Below, in pieces: positions 19,525 through 29,838 of a stretch of DNA of 64,000 bases. A program made the translations under genes and the position numbers. Within the stretch, counting starts at the first letter, position 1; every line of letters starts with the position of its first letter. The stretch covers positions 1,888,001 to 1,952,000 of the forward strand of contig OZ250186.1 of the NCBI GenBank assembly GCA_965238275.1, given 5' to 3'. The notes beneath the pieces were generated by a model. The model did no database searches and had not been told where the DNA came from. It saw only the letters and a program-made list of their open reading frames with translations. The DNA is from Nitrosopumilus sp. (lineage in GTDB: Archaea; Thermoproteota; Nitrososphaeria; Nitrososphaerales; Nitrosopumilaceae).

Positions 19525-21737
19525 GTAAGAGGTCGCCTTTGCGAAGCGATTTCGTGCCTGATCTGCCCCGATTAATTACCAACTGAGCTACGTTTTCGGC
19601 CATAAATGCCCATTTAATTGGCATTATTCAGGGTTTTTTCCGGGCGGGGATGAGGCTCGGCTGAGCTGCATTTTGGCCGATCCGGTGATCGGACTTGCGA
19701 AGTGGGCCTTTTTTGGTGCTGCCGGGCGTGGTGCGTTGTGCCCGAATCGGGTGGCGGGCCGGCACGGCGGCCTGACATGTGTCAGGCAACCGGTGCTGTG
19801 GGGGTCGCGCAGGACATGCAGGGCAGCCATGGATGGATTTTGCAGGATTTATACCGTTGCTGCCGCTGCTGCTGCTGCCGGTATTTTTTCGACCATGCCT
19901 CGCATGTAGTCGACCAAAAAGTCGTGCGGGTTGACGCCGCGCATCCTGCACGTCTCGCGGATGCTGGCCAGGACGGCGTGGTTGTATGCGCCGGCAAGGC
20001 TCTTGCTGCCGCCTGAGACCTTCCGGGATGCGACGCTGGGCCGCAGGGGGCGCTCGGCATCGTTGTTATGGCACTTTGTGCTGAGGCGGATGAATGGGAA
20101 CAGGTGGATGATCTCGCGCCGCAGCCGCTTGACAAACCGCTTGCAGTGGGGTTCGGTGTAGCTGCCAGACATCAGGCGCCTCACCCGGGCCAGGAGGTTG
20201 CGCACCTTGAGGTTTCGCGCGGCCGCATCGTCGTTCGGGTTGAGTCCCTTCTCTGCGTGCCAGGAATCGATGATTATCCCCTTTAGGGCCTTGGCAAACT
20301 TTTTGAATTCTGGCCCCGGGTTTTTCATGGTCAGGGTGCGGATGATCTCGCGGAGGTAGTGGTAGTGGCACTTTTGGTGGGTCCTGCCGATGCGGTTCCA
20401 CGCGGAGTGTGAATCAGAGGTGACGTGGCCTGCGTACCCCCCAAGCAGGGTCTCCAGCACGTCTCCTCCCCGGCGCTTGTCCACGTAAAAGACAGTCGAG
20501 CTGTCACCGACTAGTATCCACAGCCAGTACAGCACACCGGCTACCCTCCAGCTGGTCTCGTCCCCGAAGACATGCTCTGAGAAGAATATCTCCTCGAGCA
20601 TCTCCTCGTAGAGCGGGTGGAGGGATCCTGTCACGGCATCCACGTGGCCGATGACAGTCGACTTTGCAAGGTCCGTGTGGTAGATTATGTTGATCAGCTT
20701 GCGGATGGGTTCGTAGGGAATGTTGTACATCCTCATCGTCGTCTCAAGGCACGTCAGGCTGGCGCCGAACCGTCCACCGGGGACGACCCCCGGGATCTCG
20801 GGGGCAAACTGCCTGCCGCATTCCCTGCAGTACCTGCGGACGACGGTATACTGGATGCCGGTCAGCTTCCCGTCGATAATCTCCTCGACTACCCGGATGG
20901 TCACCTCGGTGGGCTCCTTCGAGAGGGCATGGCCGTGCGGGCAGGCGGGCATGTCGACTAGCTTTTTTTCGGATATCGGGGGAGGATCACGGCCGGTGCG
21001 CAGGCAGACGACCTTCCTGAACGGGTCTGGTGCAGGCCCGGGTGATTCCCGGAGCCGCTTCTGGGAGCGGCGGCTTTTGATGCCCAGATTCTCGGCTGCC
21101 AGCGCCGAGTTGGCCGCGCGCGCCTCCCTTAACTGAGAGGCATGCTCTGATGCCTGCCGTTCCAGGCGGGCTATCCTGTCCATGACTGCCTGCGAGACGT
21201 CGCATCCCTGCAGGAGGGCGGCATTCTCTGCCCTCAGTTTCTCTATCTCGGAGTCCTTTTGTTCTATCTCGGAGTCCTTTTGCACGTTCTCTTCTTCCAG
21301 CAGTTTGATCCTGGCATCCATCTCCGTCAGCATCGCGTGTTCCCCTGAGAAGGCCTCTGCCTCCTCCTTCAGCTGCTCGATGTCTTTTCTCAGTGCCATG
21401 CTCTCCTCGTCCTTGGATTTGAGCATGTCCAAGACGGATTCGAAGAGGGACTTGGTGTCGGTTACGGAGTTCCAGTCAATCTTTTCCAGGTCGATTACAG
21501 GCGCCACGCCATAACACGGGAAGGCATGATCCATAAAGCTTTTGGGCACGCAGCGCCTGCCGGAAAATGCGGCGCAAAAGATCCAACCGGAAGAGCCTTG
21601 ATCCGAAAACCGCCCTGCCTGAGGACCGTGTTGATAACGTGCAATTAATCGGGTATTTATGGTCAAAAACGTAGCTCAGTTGGTAATTAATCGGAACAGA
21701 TCAGGCACGGAATCGCTTCGCAAAGGCGACCTCTTGC
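19525..21737 (-). mobile_element. IS66-family single-ORF element, family A copy 2
   Basis: near-identical inverted copy of 9125-11337; 8-bp TSD CATTAATG (19517-19524, 21738-21745); one terminus reads GCAAG instead of GTAAG. Confidence 0.92.
19849..21507 (-). CDS. IS66-family transposase
   Basis: a few substitutions relative to 9355-11013. Confidence 0.88.
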   Translation of the reverse strand: MAPVIDLEKIDWNSVTDTKSLFESVLDMLKSKDEESMALRKDIEQLKEEAEAFSGEHAMLTEMDARIKLLEEENVQKDSEIEQKDSEIEKLRAENAALLQGCDVSQAVMDRIARLERQASEHASQLREARAANSALAAENLGIKSRRSQKRLRESPGPAPDPFRKVVCLRTGRDPPPISEKKLVDMPACPHGHALSKEPTEVTIRVVEEIIDGKLTGIQYTVVRRYCRECGRQFAPEIPGVVPGGRFGASLTCLETTMRMYNIPYEPIRKLINIIYHTDLAKSTVIGHVDAVTGSLHPLYEEMLEEIFFSEHVFGDETSWRVAGVLYWLWILVGDSSTVFYVDKRRGGDVLETLLGGYAGHVTSDSHSAWNRIGRTHQKCHYHYLREIIRTLTMKNPGPEFKKFAKALKGIIIDSWHAEKGLNPNDDAAARNLKVRNLLARVRRLMSGSYTEPHCKRFVKRLRREIIHLFPFIRLSTKCHNNDAERPLRPSVASRKVSGGSKSLAGAYNHAVLASIRETCRMRGVNPHDFLVDYMRGMVEKIPAAAAAAATV

Positions 21738-21778
21738 CATTAATGAAGGTTTAAGGAAGGTAGCATGCAGCGAAATTC

Positions 21779-22618
21779 ATGAGGCTTGGAAACCGCACCT
21801 CCAACGAGTTCATTCTGGGACTAAACCAGAGGAATGACCTCATCCAGAAGGGGTTCCTGGGCAGGATGACGGATCTGACAAGGATGTCAGAGACGACTGT
21901 AATGATGGGGGATTCAACCATAGTCAAGCAGAGCACGTTTGAACCAAAGCAGGTGACAGACTACTTCAAGGGAGTCAATGCCTGTCTTGCCGGGTGGTCC
22001 GTGCAGGACGTATCAGTATCAAACAACGAGGACATCCGTAGAATCTTTACAAAGTCAGGGGTGATGGTGGGAAACTACCTCATATCACTGCACCTGTCGG
22101 TACAGTTCCACGTATTGCTATACTACAAGCCGGTCCAGCGTGTACTTGACTGCCAGAAGGAGCTTGCTGGCATAGTAGATCTGACAAAGAACAGGGAGCA
22201 GCAGATCTCAGACAGCAGCGACCAGCTCGTCCTGAACAAGCTAAGGGAGATGGGATGCAAGGACTTTGATCACCAGGGGCTCTTTGAGGTGCTGTATGAA
22301 AATGACGAACTGCGCGAGAAGGTCTATGCCGAGATCGAGCACAGCACGGATGCGGAGCTAAAGGAGGTTGCGGACAGAAAGTCCATGCTCTTTGAGGAGC
22401 TGGATTCGCTGCTTGTCGAGACATACCAGACTGCCCCGGTATTAATCGACGACACAAGGCTGGTAACAGGCGAGGAGGGGTGCCTGTGCATGATTGATCT
22501 GGAGTTTGTCAAGAACAGGAACAGGGAGGGACTCTTTGATCCAAGAAAGATTCCGGATGCCGTAGGGCATGCCATTACAGAACGCCTGGACGAGCTTGCA
22601 GGCGCCATAGGGGCATGA
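21779..22618 (+). CDS. conserved-looking hypothetical protein
   Basis: 279-aa ORF with host-like codon style after a TTTAAG TATA-like box; no motif recognised. Confidence 0.75.
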   Translation: MRLGNRTSNEFILGLNQRNDLIQKGFLGRMTDLTRMSETTVMMGDSTIVKQSTFEPKQVTDYFKGVNACLAGWSVQDVSVSNNEDIRRIFTKSGVMVGNYLISLHLSVQFHVLLYYKPVQRVLDCQKELAGIVDLTKNREQQISDSSDQLVLNKLREMGCKDFDHQGLFEVLYENDELREKVYAEIEHSTDAELKEVADRKSMLFEELDSLLVETYQTAPVLIDDTRLVTGEEGCLCMIDLEFVKNRNREGLFDPRKIPDAVGHAITERLDELAGAIGA

Positions 22619-22652
22619 CATGCCAGACTGCATGGGATGGCCGCTGTCGCCG

Positions 22653-22695
22653 TCATCATCATCATCATCATCATCATCATCACCACCACCACCAC
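22653..22695 (+). repeat. intergenic microsatellite (TCA)10(CCA)4
   Basis: read directly. Confidence 0.9.
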
Positions 22696-22759
22696 AGCAT
22701 GTACCGGCAGCCGGGCCAAGCATGAACTCAAATAAATAACCTACCAGATAACATCACTT

Positions 22760-23968
22760 GTGAAGCCGTCATATGATGAGATAGTACGGGCATACTCCAT
22801 GAGGGGCAGTGCGATAAAGAGAACCCCGCTTATCCACTCGTCGATACTGAGCAGCATGGTACAGTCCGACGTATATCTAAAGCCAGAATTCCATCAAAAG
22901 ACAGGCTCGTTTAAGATTCGCGGGGCATACTACAAGATAAAAACAATGCAGGATGCAGAGAAGAGGCACGGGGTGGTTGCAGCATCCGCAGGAAACCATG
23001 CGCAGGGCGTGGCCTTTGCCTCGTCCCTTGAAGGCATTCCGTGCACCATTGTAATGCCAAAGAACGCGTCCCCGGCAAAGGTGGCAGCCACAAAGTCGTA
23101 CGGGGCAAGCGTGATTCTGGACGGGGTAAACTATGAGGAGTCCTTTGCAAGGGCCGAGAGGATCTCCAAGGAGACGGGCGCTGCCATGATTCATGCCTTT
23201 GATGATCCCCAGATAATTGCGGGCCAGGGGGTCATAGGGCTTGAGATACTAGAGGACCTGCCAGACGTGGACGAGATTTATCTTCCCGTGGGAGGCGGCG
23301 GGCTTGCAGCAGGCGTGCTGATTGCAGTAAAGGAGAAGAACCCGAAGGTCAGGGTTATCGGGGTACAGACAAGCGCATTTCCATCAATGTATGAATCAGT
23401 AAGGAAGGGAGTCCTGACCTCCAGCCCGGGCTCAAAAACGATTGCAGACGGCATAGCAGTCAAGATTCCCGGGCAGCTTACGTTCTCGGTGATCAACGAG
23501 CTTGTAGACGAGATGGTTCTTGTCGATGATGCAGACATTACAAACACCATGTTTATCCTCATGGAGAGGTCAAAGTTTGTAGTAGAGCCTGCAGGGGCTG
23601 CAAGCCTGGCATACCTCATTGCAAACAAGCCAGCACCCGGAAAGAAGGTGGTGGCCTTGATTGGAGGGGGCAATGTGGACATGTACCTTCTAGGGCAGAT
23701 AGTCGACAAGGGGCTTGCCGCGATGGACCGGCTGCTCAAGATATCCATAATGCTCCCGGACAGGCCAGGCGCACTCAAGGAGATAGTCGATGAGATAACC
23801 ATGGCAAACGCAAACATCGTGGAGGTTGTTCATGACAGGCTAAGCTCAGGCATCACGGTGGGCTCTGCAGGAGTTATCCTGAGCCTTGAGACGCAGGGAA
23901 GGGAACAGACAGACGCACTGATTAAAAGACTGCAAGGAAAGAAGGTCCAGTTCACCATACTCAGCTAG
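22760..23968 (+). CDS. ilvA: threonine ammonia-lyase with ACT domain
   Basis: QKTGSFKIRGA PLP lysine, ASAGNHAQG, PVGGGGL, LPDRPGAL ACT. Confidence 0.95.
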   Translation: MKPSYDEIVRAYSMRGSAIKRTPLIHSSILSSMVQSDVYLKPEFHQKTGSFKIRGAYYKIKTMQDAEKRHGVVAASAGNHAQGVAFASSLEGIPCTIVMPKNASPAKVAATKSYGASVILDGVNYEESFARAERISKETGAAMIHAFDDPQIIAGQGVIGLEILEDLPDVDEIYLPVGGGGLAAGVLIAVKEKNPKVRVIGVQTSAFPSMYESVRKGVLTSSPGSKTIADGIAVKIPGQLTFSVINELVDEMVLVDDADITNTMFILMERSKFVVEPAGAASLAYLIANKPAPGKKVVALIGGGNVDMYLLGQIVDKGLAAMDRLLKISIMLPDRPGALKEIVDEITMANANIVEVVHDRLSSGITVGSAGVILSLETQGREQTDALIKRLQGKKVQFTILS

Positions 23969-24536
23969 ACTGGAGCCGGTCTGCAAACTCGGACAGGCCG
24001 TCGTTTCTTAGCTGCTCGGACTGGCGCACCACGGAGTCATACTGGGCAGACTTGTGCTGCCTTATTGCGTCCTGCAGCGCGGGAAACTCGTTTGCGAGGA
24101 TCTTGGCAGCGTATATCCCGGCATTGCCTGCCTTGTTGATGCCTACTGACACAACGGGGGATCCCGAGGGCATCTCGGTGATTGACAGCAGCGAGTCCAG
24201 CCCCCCAAACGCAGAGAATCCGGAGTTTGGTTTTCCGGGATGCTTGTCGTTGTAGACTAGTATCGGAACCCCGATGACGGGTATGACTGTGTGCGATGCC
24301 ATCATCCCGGGCAGGTGCGCGGCGCCCCCGGCACCGGCAATTATCACCCGGAGGCCGGTCTCCTCGGCATGCCTTGCATACTCGGACAGCCTAGAGGGGG
24401 TTCGGTGTGCAGATACAATCTGATCCTCGTGTCCTACCTTGAATGTGTCCAGAATCTCGGCTGCCCCCTTCATGATCCTGCTGTCAGAGCTTGATCCCAT
24501 GATGATTCCTACCAGGGGCTTGTCAGAGTATCCCAT
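23961..24536 (-). CDS. purE: N5-CAIR mutase
   Basis: VGIIMGSSSD, SAHRTP, AGAGGAAHLPG, MPSGSPV. Confidence 0.95.
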   Translation of the reverse strand: MGYSDKPLVGIIMGSSSDSRIMKGAAEILDTFKVGHEDQIVSAHRTPSRLSEYARHAEETGLRVIIAGAGGAAHLPGMMASHTVIPVIGVPILVYNDKHPGKPNSGFSAFGGLDSLLSITEMPSGSPVVSVGINKAGNAGIYAAKILANEFPALQDAIRQHKSAQYDSVVRQSEQLRNDGLSEFADRLQSS

Positions 24537-24775
24537 GATACTACAACAGGCAGAGGGTATTTAATAACTGCCCGCACGCTGTCCTGGCATGTTCTGCATT
24601 CAGTATGATGGTGCAGGATACTGAGGGGAGGGTGCGTGCAGGCGCACCAGGTCAGAACTTCAAGAGTATGGCATGCTGCGGTACGGTTTCCTTCAAGGAT
24701 GGTTACGGGGGTTTTCCGGTGCTTTAGAGCAGGCATGCAGTATCTATTTTTAGCCGTATGACATCCGGAGTAATG

Positions 24776-25924
24776 ATGGGAAGGGTCCTTGGCATTATTG
24801 GCGGCGGTCAGCTTGGAATGATGATTACGGAGGCTGCAAGGAGGATGATGCCAGAGCACATATCCGGGGTGGTAGTGCTTGATCCCACAAGGGGCTGTCC
24901 GGCATCTCAGGCAGGCGCAGAGCAGATTGTTGCAGACTTTAAGGACAGGAATGCAATCGTCACCCTGGCACAGAGGGCCGACGTCATCACATACGAGATA
25001 GAGTCAGGAGACAGCGACGTGCTCAAATCAGTAGAGGGGGATGTGGAGATAAATCCGTCACCAGACACGCTGAGGATAATCCAGGACAAGCTGCTGCAAA
25101 AGTCGTTTCTGGCAGAGCACGGCATACCGGTTCCGGAGTTTGCCAGGGTAGACGGACTTGACGATCTCAGGGACCACCTGAAGGATTTTGGGTATCCTGC
25201 ACTGCTCAAGGTAAGGAGGGATGCGTACGACGGCCGTGGAAACTTTAAGATTGACTCAGAAGACGAGGTGCAGGAGGCGTTCAGCCATCTTGGGGGAAGC
25301 GGCCTTATGCTGGAGAGGTTTGTGCCGTTCAGGATGGAGGTGTCAGTGATTGCATCAAGGAGCACCAGGGGGCAGATTAAGACGTACCCGCTGGTTGAGA
25401 ACATACACGAACACAACATACTGCAAGAGACGATAGCGCCTGCCAGGGTCTCAGGACAGGTTGCAGAAAAAGCCGAAAAGATTGCAGCAGACACGATGGC
25501 CGTCCTCAAGGGGGCAGGGGTGTTTGGGATAGAGATGTTTCTCACGCAGGACGACCAGATAATAATCAACGAGATTGCCCCCAGGGTGCACAACTCTGGC
25601 CATCACACGCTCCAGTCAAGCCACACCTCGCAGTTTGAACAGCACCTGAGGGCAATCCTTGGCCTCGAACTTGGCGATACGGGGCTTATCCACCCCACCG
25701 TAATGTACAACATCCTGGGATCGCCCTCCTTCGAGGGCAGGTACCGTCCCATCTCGATCTCAGAACCCGGCGCGTACCTGAAGATGTATGGGAAGGAGAT
25801 CTCAAGGCCCATGCGAAAGCTAGGCCATGTCAACCTGGTTGCACAGGACGGAGAGACTGTAGACCAGCTGCTCGAGAGGCTGCCTGCACTCAAAAAGGAT
25901 CTTGCAACCATGCCTGCCGTATGA
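24776..25924 (+). CDS. purK: N5-CAIR synthetase
   Basis: GGGQLGMM, YDGRGN, NEIAPRVHNSGH, RKLGH. Confidence 0.95.
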   Translation: MGRVLGIIGGGQLGMMITEAARRMMPEHISGVVVLDPTRGCPASQAGAEQIVADFKDRNAIVTLAQRADVITYEIESGDSDVLKSVEGDVEINPSPDTLRIIQDKLLQKSFLAEHGIPVPEFARVDGLDDLRDHLKDFGYPALLKVRRDAYDGRGNFKIDSEDEVQEAFSHLGGSGLMLERFVPFRMEVSVIASRSTRGQIKTYPLVENIHEHNILQETIAPARVSGQVAEKAEKIAADTMAVLKGAGVFGIEMFLTQDDQIIINEIAPRVHNSGHHTLQSSHTSQFEQHLRAILGLELGDTGLIHPTVMYNILGSPSFEGRYRPISISEPGAYLKMYGKEISRPMRKLGHVNLVAQDGETVDQLLERLPALKKDLATMPAV

Positions 25925-26123
25925 TTTTGCCGGTTCCATTGAATCTGGGAACTGGGACCGCGTACATGCCTGTAGCCGGAAACGTTGAAAGTAGTCCCAC
26001 CACCACACCACGGAGAACCGCGTCGAGGTCAACAGACTAGTGCGTGAGGTACGCGCGTTCCGGTGCCAATGTTTCACTCGTCATGACTGTTACGCGTTTT
26101 CATCTTGGCACGACTGTTGCCAG

Positions 26124-26339
26124 TTAAGAGAACACGTCCAAGATTTCTTTTGCAACATACATTTTGTTCCGCTTTTTTGAACCAATCTGTTCAAGAATGC
26201 CCACATCAATCAGGCATGTAACGGCCTTCTTTGCAGTAGGATATCCAGTTTTGAGATACTCAGCAGCTCTTGAAATCGTTATCACAGGGTTGGAGAACAG
26301 GTGCCCTGTCAGAACAATGGCGCTGCCAATGGCTTTTTC
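26124..26339 (-). pseudogene. C-terminal HTH remnant of a Fic-like protein, cut by IS66
   Basis: hand translation ...HLFSNPVITISRAAEYLKTGYPTAKKAVTCLIDVGILEQIGSKKRNKMYVAKEILDVFS*; only a few codons continue beyond 28110. Confidence 0.55.
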
Positions 26340-28102
26340 GTAATTGTTTCGCTTTTTGAAGTGGCCTGCCTAACAGTGGAGCGGGTGCAGCCTTTCCCTT
26401 ACCGTGAAATCTTTTTTCCCGTGATGCACCACGCGTGCCGTCGGATGGCGCCTCAACTGTCTCCAGAAGACGAGCGGACCAGATGATCAAAGAAACTGTT
26501 TCCGCTGATCCTGTCAGTTGCCAGCAGCGTGAACAGGATCGAGTTGGCATCCATGCCCTTCTGGGAGCGGTTTCCGCCCCCGTCGCTCCTTATGGCCACG
26601 AACCTCCGGTTGACCCTCTCCACTGCGTTGTTGTCAGGCTCGATGCCGTCCACGTGCAGGCAGGTGGTCATAAAGTATCCCTCCCGGGGGTTCCTCTTCT
26701 TGTGTCTGGCGATGGTGCCGTGCCCATCGTCTGCAAACGGTTCGTTCATCAGCCCGCGCAGCTCCGCGTCTATGCAGTGGGCCGCGACGATCCTCGTGTG
26801 CCCGTCTTTGATCCTGGATGCGCGATAAATCTTATCATGGATTGCCGACAGCCTGTCCAGAAACTTTGGAACGTCACCTTTGGGGTTGGTCAGGACGTCC
26901 TTTTGCACCAGGCGTTCCTGGTGCCACACGCACATCTGGCGGCACGATCCCACGTGGAGCCATCCTGAATACGAGTCCTGCGTTATGGTTCCCTTGTAGT
27001 CCGGGAGTGTGTGGCAAAGCGTCTTGATGTCCCGAGAGCCGGTCACCTCCACGAGGCAGGCGTCTTTTGCCAAGGCCACTATCCCGTAGCCGCGTTTGCC
27101 GCCCAACGGCCAGTGGAATTCGTCTGCGTTCAGGTGTGGCGCCTCTAACACGCGCTTTCTTACAGAATCACGCTCCGGTGCCATGCGCTCTGCCTGCCTG
27201 ATCTTGCCGCGGTATGCAGACGGGCGCGAGATTTTGTGCCCCCACGCGTCGCTGCCAAATTCTGCGGCCCTGGCATGCGACAAACCGTTCATGTTCAGGG
27301 ACGTCATGGCCGCATCAAAGTTTGATGAACGGCGCGCGTGTTTTGCCGCGCCGGGAACCCTTCCAGAGACCTGTTTTTTGCACCCGCGGCACCAGCGCCG
27401 CTTGATGACGTACCTGACGTTTTCCAGTATGACGCGCATGACAGTCACGATGCGATCGTACCTGTCAGTCACGTCCGAAAGATTGTCGTTGCCACAGTCG
27501 GGACATTCCTTGCAGTCGATCTCCTCGACGCGGTCGACGCGTTTTGGCCTGCAGTTGATGGTGGGTTTTTGCCCCTTGGGCCTGCCGGCCTTCCTTGGGC
27601 CTGCCTTTTTCTTGGTCACGGTGGGGATGTTGATCCTGTTGGCCTTGGCGTTAAGCTCCCTGTTGGCCTTGGCGTACCTCTTGTTGTCCTCGGTGAGGGA
27701 TGAGACGAGTGCCTGCAGTCCCTCGATCTCCTTGCAGTCTGCGCCTGGCCTGCCTGCAACTTCGGCGGCAGCCTCCGGAATCTTGCCTGCCAAACCGATC
27801 GTGTCACCAAGCACCCTTGTCCAGAACCGGCAGCACCTGCATCCTGATTTCATGCACGCCCCGGCATCCTGTGGGATTTGCGGCAGGACAGATGAGGATT
27901 CCATGGCCTTAAATTCCACTGCTTCCAACCACGATTGGCGTGCTGGTTCCTTCATTTGGTACTTCGAAGGAACTGGCACCCACTGGTATTTGGATCGCAA
28001 TGATCAATTTTTGTCGTCATTGGCACAAAATTATTGGATTCAGTTCAGGTGCCCTAGCTGCCCGCCGAGTCGTCCGGGCACTTCAAAAAGCGAAACAATT
28101 AC
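26340..28102 (-). mobile_element. IS66-family single-ORF element, family B copy 1
   Basis: TIR GTAATTGTTTCGCTTTTTGAAGTG; 8-bp TSD GCTTTTTC (26332-26339, 28103-28110). Confidence 0.92.
26453..28000 (-). CDS. IS66-family transposase
   Basis: GRPKGQK, CPDCG, NADEF, TQDSY, QMCVWH, DNNAVERVNR. Confidence 0.88.
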   Translation of the reverse strand: MRSKYQWVPVPSKYQMKEPARQSWLEAVEFKAMESSSVLPQIPQDAGACMKSGCRCCRFWTRVLGDTIGLAGKIPEAAAEVAGRPGADCKEIEGLQALVSSLTEDNKRYAKANRELNAKANRINIPTVTKKKAGPRKAGRPKGQKPTINCRPKRVDRVEEIDCKECPDCGNDNLSDVTDRYDRIVTVMRVILENVRYVIKRRWCRGCKKQVSGRVPGAAKHARRSSNFDAAMTSLNMNGLSHARAAEFGSDAWGHKISRPSAYRGKIRQAERMAPERDSVRKRVLEAPHLNADEFHWPLGGKRGYGIVALAKDACLVEVTGSRDIKTLCHTLPDYKGTITQDSYSGWLHVGSCRQMCVWHQERLVQKDVLTNPKGDVPKFLDRLSAIHDKIYRASRIKDGHTRIVAAHCIDAELRGLMNEPFADDGHGTIARHKKRNPREGYFMTTCLHVDGIEPDNNAVERVNRRFVAIRSDGGGNRSQKGMDANSILFTLLATDRISGNSFFDHLVRSSSGDS

Positions 28103-28442
28103 GCTTTTTCCTCCTTTAGTCTCTAGATCCTATGCAGAATGTGCCTGACGTGGCAAATCATAAAATCATGTCAGAACTGCGCTAGACGTGGCCATATTTG
28201 AAAATCTCGTCTGCCGTATATTTTACAAATTTGTCTTGCACGTCCATGTGAAAAATCCAGTTTCCAGTATTGGATAATAAGGCACGTCCTGTGGATGTGC
28301 GGCATCCGTCCCCGGGGCGGCAGGTTGTTTCATGGGGAATGGTGGGGGAATTTGCACAAATATTGGATGCCGTGCGCGACATTCCTGCACTGCCTGATGC
28401 CACCTGTCTTTCACTCCGTCAGGCGGCTCGTGCCGCCCTGTC

Positions 28443-29716
28443 TCAGAGGCGCGCCCTTTTTTCGGCCAGCCTTTTGAGAAGGTCCGCGTCCCTGAGTTTT
28501 ATTTCGTCCCACATCAGATCCTGGTTTACCATTCCCGCAATCGCGTTGAGCTCGTCGTTGTACTCCTCCTCGGTGCCGTCGTACGGGTCAGTCAGCCTCT
28601 TGTACTGTTTCAGGCTTCCGATAACGTGCTCTATGGCCACACGGGAGCTGTTTACCCTCTTGTTGTAGGCGCGCTGCTTCTTTGTCAGGCCGCCGGTCTT
28701 TTTGTCGGCTCCACGCTTTTTCTTGTGCGGGTGCCTGATGTGCCATCCGGGATATTCCTCTCTTGTCCCTTGGTAGCCCTTGTCCATCAGGACGTCAGGC
28801 TTTTCTTTTTCGGGCTCCTTCTGGCCCATCCTTGCCGTAATGATTCCAAGGTTTGGCGGATCCTCGTTGAGCAGGGTCTTGTCGTGGACGCTGCCCGGAA
28901 CGGTCTTGCTTATCGCCACTATCACGCGGCGCTTGTTGATCACGATGTTGGTATTGTACGTGTGCGCCTTCTTCTTGCCAGAGTACGTCTTTTTGCGTCT
29001 CTCCTTGTCCGCGGACCTTCTGACCCGGTTGTGCGTGCCGTCCACCATCAGTTCTCCTCCCCTCCTGCCGGGTATTATCTTCTTGCTCTCCTCGAGTGTC
29101 TTGGCCTTTTGTACAGCCTCGCTGATTTTGCGCGGCGCCGTGCCTGTCTCGCCTAGCAGCCTGGTCATCAACGGGAGATACCTGGAGAGCCTCGCTGATT
29201 TTGCGCGGCGCCGTGCCTGTCTCGCCGCAGCCTGGTCATCAACGGGAGATACCTGGAGACGGTGGCCTGGTCGACGCCAAACATCGCGGCAAGGGCTTCC
29301 TGCGGTATGCTCAGCCTTGTCCGAAGCAGCCACGGCAGGTACGCGTGCCTCAGGGGCAGGATGCGCCTGCTCCCGGAGTTTTTCGATCTGTTCTCGATTT
29401 CCCGGAAGAGCGCAGTCTCCCCGTTCCGCTCCAAAAGCTCCTCGAGGCGGTTCAGCGTGTGGCCAAACTTTTCCGGGGTGCGCAGCGTCATGGCGTGCAG
29501 GAATTCCGGATATTTTATGATGTCGTCGAGAACCCTCGACGTGACGGTCCAGTGATCAGTCAGGCGTTCCTTGAGCGCCTCGCACTTCTGTCGGTCTGTC
29601 CTGCGTGCTTCCCTGAGGGCCCTGATCCTCTGCCGGCAGGATTCATCCGACTCCCTGAGCGCCTCGTTTTCCTGCCGTAATCTCTGCACCGTTGGATCAA
29701 CTAGCATTGCCATCAC
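28443..29716 (-). pseudogene. ISL2-like (IS5/IS4 superfamily) transposase frameshifted by an internal tandem duplication
   Basis: LAAMFGVDQATVSR HTH in one frame; VDGT/YSGKKKAH/HD/DKGYQG/RVAIEH in another; 73+71-bp tandem repeat at 29116-29259. Confidence 0.85.
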
Positions 29717-29838
29717 GGTGTGGCGTAAAAATCACCGATCTTAACGTTTCGGTTATCCTTCTTGGATTGGCATGCTTTACGATTCTGTGGATATTCGGCC
29801 GCATGTGGTGCCGCACGTGGGAATAACCCAATTTAATT

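Noticed and set aside
22324-22731. Poly-Met/poly-Asp ORFs on the minus strand
   Set aside because: Artefacts of the microsatellite, antisense to a real gene
27096-28148. Long antisense ORFs over transposases (also 1830-2771, 29905-30852, 39582-40754, 61366-62295)
   Set aside because: Shadow frames of GC-rich coding sequence with no motifs; they recur only because the IS is repeated
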